Shown: positions 52,912 through 64,000 of the stretch, one piece after another
Numbering within the stretch: position 1 is the stretch's first letter
Layout: each line of letters starts with the position of its first letter
Assembly (NCBI GenBank): GCA_973895155.1
Contig: OZ316891.1
Location: 23,249,899 to 23,313,898 of the forward strand
Direction: 5' to 3'
Source of the DNA: Marsupella aquatica
Taxonomy: Eukaryota > Plantae > Marchantiophyta
DNA: 64,000 nt
Program-made: the position numbers and the translations under genes
The notes under the pieces: model-generated
Told to the model about the DNA's origin: nothing
Database searches by the model: none
What the model saw: the letters and a program-made list of their open reading frames with translations, nothing else

Positions 52912-53991
52912 GTGGAACAGATTCCTGTTGTAGTGCGATCTTCGCCTGTGGACCGCTTGAGAGACATTGCATATCGTGCACTCGCACCACTCGTCCATCC
53001 ATCCGATTTGCCAGCCACATTGAGGGAGATAGACCGTGTATTTCGGAGGAGGAGGAGAGTGTTTAGGATGCACCCTATTGAGAGGGGAGTAGTGGTGACC
53101 ACTAGACCCCGATCGATTGAGTCCCGTCCACCTAGGATTGTTCCGCCCCAATGCCCTTTTCTTGATGCATCCGTGTCCCGGGCACCGAGACAGTTGCGAG
53201 GGAGAGCCTTGGACATCTTAAAGGACTCCTTCCCAGCCCAGTTTGGACTCCCTATGGACCTCCCGCTTCGGGAGCCTATTATAGTTTGGGACCGCCCATG
53301 GGTCATCCTCCCCTCCACATTGGGGACTCATGTAGGACTTGGAGTATTTGCTCTTGTGGATATCGTGGTCCCTACCGGTTGTGCACCCGATGATTTGCCT
53401 CAGTTGTTTCCATTCTATGGGCCCAAGTATTCGGCGGCAAGATGGCGCATCTTGTCCCGACAGTGCCCAACCTTTAGTCGATATGGCATGTCACTAAAGT
53501 TGGACCCTAGGTATGCTCAATTGATGGTTACCCACCTTGCACGGGGAACTTGGCGGGTTACATCAATAGCACTATTGGTTCTCGGCGTTCAGGGTTTAGG
53601 CCAAATGCTGAGTGGCACGAGTTCCATGACCTCGAGGGGGTCACTTCCATGGAAGTGGCATATCATGTGCGACGAAGTATAGGGCCATTTAAATGGTTTT
53701 GGCGGAAGACTTATTAAGTCTTCTATGGAAATATAGGGTTGTTTAATTGCAAAATGCATACGTGTCATCACATGATTGGTGTCGTACAACTTTCTAGAAA
53801 GTGACTTAGGGGGGTCATAAATGACCCAAACCGTCGCACGTGATGTATGACCCTTCATATACTGATCCCCCCGAGTCCATGACCAGAGTCACCCTCGTTT
53901 GCCTGTAGCATGCACGCATTACATCTTGACACATGCTACCCGCACCATTAGAGCAGGGGAAGAGATTCTCGTAGATTATGATTGGCATTGA
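52912..53991 (+). pseudogene. SET-domain protein lysine methyltransferase-like gene inside CACTA E (frameshift near 53515, MITE insertion)
   Basis: HVGLGVFALVDI; shifted frame IDGYPPCTGNLAGYINS...PNAEW; after MITE removal ILTHATRTIRAGEEILVDYDWH*. Confidence 0.85.
53631..53875. mobile_element. MITE, CTCGGGGG-TIR family
   Basis: ctcgagggggtcact...tgatccccccgag; perfect TSD tccatgac. Confidence 0.92.
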
Positions 53992-54160
53992 TGTTTACAT
54001 GTGTACATGACATATTCATTATGGGGTGACCCTTGCATTTTTCATTATTGATGTTTCACTGTAAGCTTTATCACATAAACCCTTTCTCTAATTGTTATTT
54101 GTCATTGCATATTGAAAACTCTAGGATGGTGTACATATTACTCCCACACCTCACCCATCA

Positions 54161-57100
54161 ATGATGACTACATCAGCCCGTGCCTTTCACGTACGTGCGA
54201 CCTTACATTTCTCAGACGAGGAGGATGCTGAGGGTCAGCCCCTTGACCATGATGAGATGGACGATGAGGATGAGGAGTACCATGATGCATATGATGGAGA
54301 GTTGGATGATGATGGAGAGTTGGATGATGATGTTGACGATGAGGGAGATGAGGGAGATGAGGGAGATGACCCTGTCCTTGAAGAAGATGCCTTTGCCCAC
54401 CTTGTTGACGTTCACTTTGGACCTCATGCACCTGACGCCGAGCACCCTATCATGGAAGTGGATCAAGAAGATTGGGATCACTTGGAGACTGAAGCCAGAA
54501 CACCACTATTTGAGGGATCTCCATCCTCACGGTAAGGTTGTCCTAAAATTATCACAACTCTGGAATTTCATCCAGTGAATATTGGGCAGTCTAAATTGTA
54601 GTGCCAGGCATGCCATCTAGCTACTTGGACTAACTGCAAAAAGTCTGGTGTTTGTGGTTTTGCAAATCCAGGTTGGGTGCAACTTTGTTGATGTTGAATT
54701 TGCAAGGAGTTTTCAATGGTTCGGATGTCCATATAGATGCACTCTTCCAATTGTTCCACGGCAAACTCTTGCCCCAACCAAACACTCTCCCTGGATGTGT
54801 GAGGGAGGCTAAGAAGTTGTTAGCCTCAATTGGATTGGCTTTAGAGACTATCCACATGTGCCCAGGTGGGTGCATCTTGTATAGAGGGGTGTACAAGGAT
54901 CACACTCACTGCCTAGAGGAGCACTGTAGGCTTCCACGGTATCGACCAGACACCATTGGAGACAAGATTGCAGAAAAGGTAATGTTTTCCTCAACGCAAT
55001 GTGAGAACAAGAAAGTCCAACTTTTAACGTTGCATTCTTTCAAACAACGTCGTACATGACTATGTAATTGATTACTTTACGTCGTCCATCTCACTTTATG
55101 TCTTTCCACCTAACGTTTTTTTGTTTTTACGTCGTATGGGATGCAGTAACTAACGTCGCATGGTACATTAGGGTATGAAACGTCGTCCTTTACGATGTTA
55201 GTTTTAATAATACGTAGTGTGGAAGGACGTTTATTGTGATTGTCGTCAAATTGACGATGTTACATTGGATCTGGCAGGTTTTTTGTTATTTCCCAATCAC
55301 TCCCCGACTTCAGCATCTCTACCGATGAAAGCACTTATCCACACTACAGACTTGGCATGTGGAGAACAAATCCCCACCAGGGATAATGCAATACCACCAA
55401 GATAGTCCAGCGTGGAAGCACATTGATGCCACTTGGCCAAATTTTGCCCAGGAGCCAAGAAATGTTCGTTTGGGGTTGGCAATCGATGGAGTGAACCCAT
55501 ATAAACAACGACGGAAGCCTAAGTCCATCTGGCCTGTTCTTTTGATAAATAAAAACATCCCTCCATGGTTGGCAATGAAGAAGGGTCATGTGCTTCTATT
55601 AGCTATAATTCCTGGACCCAAGGCCTGTAAGAATCCTGATATCTGTTTGGCTCCAGCTTATGAAGAGCTACATAATCTATGGGAGGTTGGAGCAGTGACA
55701 ACAGATGTCACTCGTGAAGCAGGCAATGGTAGGACCTTCAATATGAGGGTGATGATCACTCATTGCACCACAGATGGTCCAGGTAATTCATTGGGCAACC
55801 CAATGACTATTGTTTGCACAATGTCATGTACAATGCAAGTGTTGGGGTTATTTGTGGTCTGAACATGGTTCAATGAAATGGCAGGTATGGGGACAATATC
55901 TGGCCTGAAGGTGGCAGGTTTTTCAGCTTGCCCTTCATGTGGCCCAGAGTTGCGTGGGAGGTACTCAAGACTACTGCACAAAACCACATATGAGGGCAGT
56001 AGGGTCCGGTTGGCAATGGATGACCACTTGCGACAAAACACAACACATTGGGCAGAGACTGAAGTGCGGCCATGTCCTAATGGCCCTTCAGCTGAAGGAC
56101 AAATTCAAATGGCAGAGAAGGTGGAAGCAAAGTTACTAAAACCCAAGGATTGTGGAGTAAACCGACGCTCAGCTATGTGGGACTTGCCTTATTGGAGGGT
56201 AAGTGATAGAAGTGCATGGTTCCTTTACAGCAAATTAGACCAATAAAATTCTTAATTTAGAGATTGCAATTGATTCAATATGTTATTTCAATTTCCAGAG
56301 ACTCCAGGTTCGATGGTTGTTGGACCCCATGCACATTGAAGTGAATGTTGCTAAGAACTTGGTGAAGCACATTTATGGGACGAATGACACTCGTGGAGTC
56401 CGAGAGGATGCTGAGAGGGTTGGAGTAGTGAAGAGTTGTTGGATAACACGTACTGGGGAGAAACCTCCTGGTCCTTGGATTTTGCCAAGAGAGGTTTTGA
56501 AGGACATGAATGGGATGATAAGCGAGATGAAGTTCCCTAGCCATTACGGAGCTGGTTTTTGTGGGTGCACTACAAGGAATGATCACATACCCCCAATAGG
56601 GTTGAAGTCTCATGATTATCACAAGTTGATACAGCATGTGCTACCAGCAGTCTTGCGTTGTTGTGATGATTCCCGGGAGCGTCGTTTACTCCGTCTGACT
56701 ATATATGAGATGTGCTCCATTTTTAGGTATGATAACGTACCCTCTCTTCCATTGCTCTCTTGCAAGTTCTTGTTACCGCTGAAGGAGCCATGTAATTCAA
56801 CAAGTATTTCAAACTCATTTTTCTATGGCCCTATGTGGATCTGATATACAAAATCTTTGATGGTTTTGAGGAGGAACATAGGTGGGTATGCGCTAAGGAG
56901 ATAAAGGAGTCTGAGATTCCTTTGATGAGAGAGAGGTCAGCTCGCGTGATGTGCAATATGGAGAAGGTGTTTCCCCCATGCATATTTGACATGCAATTGC
57001 ATTTACTATGTCACTTGGTGGATGAGGTCGCGATTGCTGGTCCTGTCCATGCACGTTGGATGTATTGGGTAGAGCGCTTCATGAAAGTGCTCAAGTCCAT

Positions 57101-57367
57101 GGTGCGTCAACCAGCTCGACCAGAGGGAAGTATGGCAACGGGGTATATCATGTCGGAGTGCCTCTTTTATTCCGGAGGGATGATAGGGAGTTTGGACACA
57201 GAAGCTCCCACAGCTTGGGAAGAGGCACAAGATGATGACAATGGTGGGTTGCGTTTGATGGGTGCATCAAAAAAGCGTTCACTACATGACAACATACTTC
57301 GCCTACAGATCCACAATTATGTGTTGGGAAATCGCCCAGAGATGTCTCAGTGGAGGGAGTTGCATAG
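54161..57367 (+). pseudogene. CACTA TnpD-like transposase (element E), multi-exon, 3'-truncated
   Basis: IHMCPGGCILY, DSPAWKH..EPRNVRLGLAIDG, LDPMHIEVNV, GLKSHDYH, GPVHARWMYWVERFM; GT-AG introns. Confidence 0.92.
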
Positions 57368-58284
57368 GTACATATATGCAACTCTATATAACTGTTAATC
57401 TAACAGTAGACGTTGTTCTACATTCTATGTGTGTAGAAGTTAGAGTGGGTTCAAGGAGCACTTCTTTGGATTGTGCAATATTCTCATCCAATCATATTTC
57501 AGTTTACAAGTTTCTATATATCGCGGATCGATGGCACTGGTCGTAATTGGCTTTTGTGTCGTCTTCAATGGCCAGTTTCTATGTTGAGGCCTGAACCCTA
57601 ATCTGTCCCATAAACTTCAAATGAATGTCGCCTAGGGAAATTAACGTTGTGAAGCTCAGCCGCTTCTCGAAAAGCCATCACGGTGACGTACATGGGAGCC
57701 ATATGATTGTTAGCTTAATCCCTGAACTCGCGGTCGACAGAGCTATGCATTTTTCCAGGAGAAAATCAGCATCCAAGTTGTTGATGTAACAAGAGGATGG
57801 AAATGAGTCAAAAGCTGAAGTTGGACACGTTGTCGTTTAAAAGGTCGTTGCCTTGCTGTATGTCTGAAACACAAAACTACTGGAACGAATGGTGAATTCA
57901 TCAGTGTTGGCTGGTAACTTGACTTAAAGACCATGGATCAAATCAACATGTAAGATGAAGCTGGACAGGTGAGAGAATGACGACCACGAGAAAATCTTTT
58001 TCTCACAACTCCATCATTATGTATGTGGTCGTGACTAGGGTTTGTTTCTCTTTTGCAGTGCTGTACTGCCTGTTTACGGTAAACTTCCTTCATTCCCAGT
58101 AGGTTTGTTGTCATGTGGGAAAGATGGAGATGGGGGAAAGTCAGGCCCTCTGTTTTAAGACTTGCCGAAAGTAAAACAATCCAATTCTGGATTTTGTTGT
58201 CCAGTGGTCTTCCACAACTCGCCATCCCATGACTGGGCAGTTTCAAAGTGCATCGCCTGACGAGTGATATCAACTTTGACAAGG

Positions 58285-61200
58285 TTATTCACATTTGGTT
58301 CTTTCATGAGTGGAGTTGAGGGAGAGGAGGACTTCCAGTGTCACTGCCTCCAAGATTTCTAGAAGTTCCGAGAGTTTGTGATCGAGACAGCAGAGGGGCT
58401 CTCTTTCGATTGCCATGGAATCTTGAGGAAGGCAGTTTCCAAAGCAAGTGAGAAGAGCGATTCTTAGATCTTGCATGGCGTAGAGAACTTCTTTGTTATC
58501 CGGGGTCAATGCTATCTTTGTAATAAGTAGGCAACGTGAAGCACTAATAAAAATTATGTCAACAAGGGCAAGAGCCTCAAGGGTCGGGATGTCTGCAAGG
58601 GGAGTACCCCACTCTGCTATTCCAGTGCTATCCCATAGCAATGAGCTTGGGAAAAAGATTACCTGCTCTCATAAATCGCGGCATCCAAATTTCGACAAAA
58701 ATTTATGCAGCATTTGTAACAAAGGTGAATTTTGTTTCCTATATGTCTAATGCCTTCAGTCTTCGAAACAGGTCCGAGTGTTCTTCCTTGCACAAAGAAG
58801 TCTTCATATGCCTGCATCCAAAAGCACGCAATGCTCAGTGGCCGAAGAAAGGCTTCGAATGTTTTTAAGATTCAGAAAAACAACTATTATCAAAGGTATC
58901 AAGACCTGAGGTGGCTATTCGAAGGGACATTCAAACCGCTAAAGACCCATGGGGTAGACCTTGTTCAATATCCAAGAAAAGGGCCAGAGACTAGCCCAAG
59001 GAGTAGGTACAGCGTCAGAAGGTACATCAGAAGAACAAAAGCAAATCGGGCTGACCTCTTTTTGGATTTCTTTTCCTAATGATGGTACCCGGTAGACCCT
59101 GTTGACCTCTCATGATTTTCGTTTCGCATCCTCTCACCATTGAAAAAGTTGTAATCCTTAACTGATGGACAAGATTATGCTTATCAAGGATGGAGTACAT
59201 CCTCTAAGCTGCATGTTTCATGTAAAAGACAATCTCAACTCAGTGGAAAGATTGCTTACTCATTCTCTCGCTCCAAAGTCTGAATCTGCCTTTGGAATTC
59301 TTGCACTGCATCATCCTGTCCAAATTCCTGAATGATGGACATCGGGCTTATCTGGATGCCCCCCATCACCTTACTGCCAACAACGGAGGGCATTGAAGCC
59401 TGAGAAATGGGCTCAAGTAGCTGGGAGAGGTCATGAACAGTCTGCGCTTGGCCGATCCTTGCATCCAGCTCAGTTGGTCTCTTACTTGGAGCACTCCTGG
59501 GCTTTCCCGCCTCCTCAAGCGCCCCGGGCAAGGATTTTGACTGTCGACTGGGGAACTCACTAATGTTTGAAACTGGCGGCACAACAGATACTCCCAATTT
59601 CTTGTCAAAGGGACCACCAATCGAACTTGAGAGAATGGGACTGCCAATAGCCACGGAACTATGGCGGAGAGAGCTATTTGCAGTAGTTACCAGACGGTCA
59701 TCCTTATCCAGCCACTCAGTAACAATCTGCATGAAAAGTTGAGTAGTACCGATTACAAAATTTCTTAGTTTGCCTCAATAAGTGCACTTTATAAGTATTT
59801 CCAAGAACTCATTAGGAGATGTGTTCAACAAAAATGAGAAATGGAAGGTACAAGAACAATCCAACAGCAAGGACCAGAATTTGCACGTCATCACGTTGAA
59901 AGATCATGGAAGACGTTTTACTTGTGAAATCCAGTTGTCCAACTCAGTCATGACAGCAGGCCAGGGCTTGATTGATGGCGATGTAGATCGACAAGTGCTG
60001 TGACTAGGGACTGTCAGAAGATGGCCGTCAAAGCTCGTCGGAAGTGGTAGCAGGGGTTTTCTTGGAGGTTGATTGTGAGAACTTGCTCTCCTGGTTTCTT
60101 CACTTGAGTTATCCGCAGACCTTGGGGGAGGGAGACTTTCTTCATCTGCTCTGCTAGTTTTTTGTACAAGGCATTTCCTTTGATGCGAGATAGTGCATAG
60201 TCTGGGGGTGTCTAGAGGAGGAGTGGTTCGGAAGACACATTTTCCAGCAATAATCAGCAATGGCCTGGCTTGGGCATCCACTACACCTGCCTCACCTGCC
60301 CCATGACACATGCTTCTCATTACTGATAAGGCTGTAGATAGACCTTTCCACTTAGGAGGCTTTGAAGGAAAAATCCGCTTCCTCTGCTCAGGATCATTGT
60401 TCTTCAAGAGCCTCTTTCTTCTCCTTTGAGAGGCAGCTGAGTTGATCTTCCTGTAAGGTGGACGAGCCCCATCGTAAGTAGGGAATGTGAATTTGACAGT
60501 TTGATTGTCTTCAGAAGATTGTAACCAAAGCATCGTGTCGTTGTTTGAGGCACAAGTGTAAACTCCATTATTTCGAGAGGAATGATAATCAGCGAAATGT
60601 GCAACTTCTTTTAGGACTTCTTCTCACTCAATTGCCAGAAATGTTCAATGTATTTAATGATGGCCACTGTTTGGGTGAGGTGAAAGGGCCATAAGACATA
60701 CACATGTAACAGCGCATGACTGACCCAATCTTTCGTTGAGTACTTCGACGGAGGACCTCGAAAGTCCAGAGCAGAAGAAAGCGTTAAAATGATGAAGAGA
60801 AGAAAATGGTTCCGTGAATGACTTTACCCACATGTAAATCTGAAGTTGTTCTCCTTTAGACCTTGTCGGAAGTCTCAATTCCCCTGATCTCTTCCCCTTC
60901 GGTGGGAGCATCTTGCAGCCTGATGATCTGGTCAACTCGGTCTGATTAGGCCTGTCCAGCGTGCCAGCAGTGCCACTTGTGGCATCCATTGTCTTCTCAG
61001 CGGAAGCTCTTCTACAGTCCCCGTCTGCTTCCCTCATGAACATATCTTGGGACACAGGACTGGAGAGTTCTTGACCACCGTACACAGCTCTCTCTCTCGG
61101 GGGACCATTCCACAACTTCCCTCTGGCATAATCGCTCGACTGGTCTTCCTCACATGTATTTTCTTTGACATTCAGGACGTTCAGGTGCTCTACCGACATT

Positions 61201-61574
61201 TTATCCATTGTGTCCTCCGGGGTCTTCGCCACAGTGGTGGACACTTTTACACCGTAATCCATATTGCTGTTAATCAGGTCCTTCAAAACCCGTGCTATGT
61301 CATTTTCAAGACGATTACAGCCTTTTGTTGTTGCTGCTCTTGTTAATTCTCCTCTGCGGCAGGAGTGAAGACTTTGTGATGTATCCGACTCGCGTGTCCT
61401 GTCAACCACCTCCGGCTCGCCCTTCTTAACCTCCCAGCCACCTCTTACTCGTGCCCAATGTGGGTAATCCGTGGTCATCCCAGATACACAAGATTTCAAA
61501 CTAGTCGAGCTTTCCAGAGCCTGCATACTGAAGACGTTGTTGCCGAACCACAGGGAATCCATAGAAACACCCAA
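58285..61574 (-). CDS. Probable multi-exon gene of unknown function
   Basis: Collinear long minus-strand ORFs (306, 209, 158, 118 aa); the exon at about 59727-59260 has a CAG acceptor and GTAAGC donor; no domain recognised. Confidence 0.35.
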
Positions 61575-63420
61575 TCAACCAAATAAAACCGTAACAACCA
61601 GAAACAAAATTGGACAACTGTGACAAAAACTTTCTTCAGAAAAAGTCATTTGCTGTGAATCTAGACCTGATCACTCCACCTAGCACGGAATAGTCTCACA
61701 ACAAGCATTTTGTCCAATCTATGTACACGAAACTCGTACAAGAAAGCGTATGGAGAAAAGTTCTGCAGAGTACAATAATTCCCATCTAACCAACACAAGC
61801 TTTGGAGAAGAAAAGCTCATCAGAACCAAATTTGAACCCATATAAACAAGCGAGGACAAAGTTCAGAGACCGACTGAACACCTCCATCAGGAACTTGTTC
61901 AGTGACATCCTACATCTACTGCATGCACACTTCTGAATCGACCTACATTCTAATACTATAACGTCCATCGATGTCAATTCTTCCGTAAGAACGCTTCCAA
62001 CTAAAGAAATGTTGTGATAAAATGTTAATGTAAACGCCATGTGCTCGAGCCCCGGAATTCAGTCACACACGATGCTTGTGGCAAAGAAGGAAGGGTGGGG
62101 GAGTAATCTCGCTCACCTTCTATCCAAGACTTCCACAGCCCTCAAATCCAGGCTTTCAAAAGAGCTTTGGTCTCTCGAGAGCCCCCTCTTCCGCCTTGCT
62201 GCTGCTGCTTCTCCTCTTCTTTCTCTTGCAATCTTACAGACTCCAGTTGCACTCCTCCACGCTCCGACCTTCCAATCATCATCAGCGGCATTGTCGTCAT
62301 CATTGTCACCAGGGACGGCTCGTCGTTGTGAGGCCCATTTGCGACTGCATGAAAATCTGTTCTCTTCCTCTTCCTCCTCGAAAAAAGAGTGGAATCGGAC
62401 TCTTTCTGTCATTTTCATCCCTCCTCTGCATTCGTTTTGTGCGTGCTCGGATTTCCGATTATCAGTCATTGCTTCTGTTTCATTGCTTCTGTTTCATTGC
62501 TTCTGTTTCAGGTACCGGTCCCGACACGGGCTGAATATATGAAGGTCTAGCCTGAATATATGACGGTCTAGCCGTGACAGGAAACACTCCCTATCTGTAC
62601 GCAGGCAAATGCTGCATTGTCGGGAAACTAGATTGCCTGAAGAGAAGGGAAGGGTAGGGAAAGGAGCAGTTCAAGCGCGCATATTTAATTTTAATTGCGC
62701 ATTTGCAAAAATATTACTGGAGTGATAATGCGTTTTGTAGGCACAGACCCTGTTTCTTCCTTGCGCTGAAGCTGGGCCTGCATGAAACATCGGAGAAGCA
62801 GTTTCTTAGCGCGAAATGCCTGCCCTGCGCAGAATGTTGAAGCAGTACTGCAAAATTCATTGTGTGCGTGAATGAGTAAAACAAGCAATCGATCAAGCAT
62901 GTGCAAGCACAAGGAATCAATCACATTGACCTGCTCGGGGATTCCATAAAGGTCTGGGACGTTGTGTGGAGATCAATATAAGTATGTTCCAAGGAGGAGA
63001 AATGTGCTTGTGTTCATCTTTCAGCTTCACAATTCTCCATAGAGATCAAAGGCCACGTGCAACATTGAAAGTTCTCATTGAAATTTCTGAATTTTGGGGG
63101 TGTTGAATTTCATCATTGTTGCTTATTTTCTCGAGACATGCCTGAAGCTTGAAGAAATTGGACAACCCTAAACCCTGAACTTGGTTTACAGATAGCGGTG
63201 GCGTGCAGGATCCAAAGGAATTGGTGTCATTGCTTAATTACCGGAGCAGAACGAAAATATAGACGGTTTCAAATCCTAACACAGCTACCTACTTGATTAT
63301 CGATTGCCTTGTATGGACCTACTTCAATCAAATCGATTGACAATGGATCTACTGAATGAAAAATCATCTACTTTCAATGTATCGACTGCATTGCATCAAG
63401 ATGAAATCGAGAATGTACCA

Positions 63421-64000
63421 TCAAGACTTGCTGTTAAGAGGAGAAGAAATCCGCCATCGAATCAAACTCACTACTCCCTTGTGGATGTTGGGAAAGTATT
63501 GTGCTGCCACGACATCTTTCACAGTAATCCCAACATGTTCATCATCAAGAATTTCATCATCATCAACTGCCGCCGTCACTTGAGGGACAGTGACCATTCC
63601 AGTGGCAACCATTTTGGTTTGATCCAACCAATGTAGAGTTCAACCAACTCTGACATCCAGTTTGCCCGATGAAAATAGTCACGCTTAGTGTCTGTGGTGT
63701 TTGCCGAACAAGACTGTGAAACAAAATCCACCTTGTCCTTTTGCTTCTTAGAGGAAGATTTGTTGCTCCCATTGATATCAACATTCCATACTTTATTGTG
63801 GACGTTAGCCACATCCCATAGAACCCATGCCAAGAGCCCTTTGCCTCTTCAATTGTTGCAGCTCCACCATGTGCGTAAGGTAAAGTCTTACTACCATGAA
63901 TCACATCTGTGAATTTTACACTAACCCAAGACTCACCGAGTAATATGTTATGACTTCTCTCCATTGGATCGGTCTTGAAAACAACTCCAAAGGCCACACA
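63421..64000 (-). mobile_element. Fragment of a second element-A-family transposase gene (Tnp1-like domains)
   Basis: High nucleotide similarity to about 15615-16170; runs off the window end. Confidence 0.9.

Noticed and set aside
62039-62542. Overlapping ORFs on both strands
   Set aside because: Low-complexity, UTR-like sequence with no recognisable domain.

Overview
Eukaryotic (land-plant-like; a non-seed plant is my guess) genomic window. An apparently intact 9-exon CYP85-clan cytochrome P450 (CYP707A-like, 1354-5830) is followed by about 52 kb of nested, decaying transposons and then a possible host gene of unknown function (58-62 kb). The main observation is that three DNA transposons (A about 5.9-21.9 kb with a Sola/DUF7869-like transposase; B about 23-30 kb and C about 33.7-43.6 kb with Mutator/SWIM transposases) each carry, head-to-head with the transposase, an intron-containing gene fusing a ParB/Srx-like domain (lost by truncation in B) to a bacterial-type beta-class N4-C/N6-A DNA-methyltransferase-like domain. 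Each element also scatters its own palindrome through introns and intergenic DNA (A: TTGGACTGGGA-N3-TCCCAGTCCAA; B: TAGCGAGCTCGCTA; C: TAGCGCCWGGCGCTA). This suggests a ParB/parS-like, element-specific self-marking or anti-silencing system, which is inference. A CACTA element similarly carries a SET-domain gene and an AACGACGTT motif. Also present: a 4.7-kb TG...CA element with a 5-bp TSD and internal ORF (two copies), six MITEs with 8-bp TSDs, and a micro-inversion. All family assignments come from motif recognition by eye; no database searches were run.
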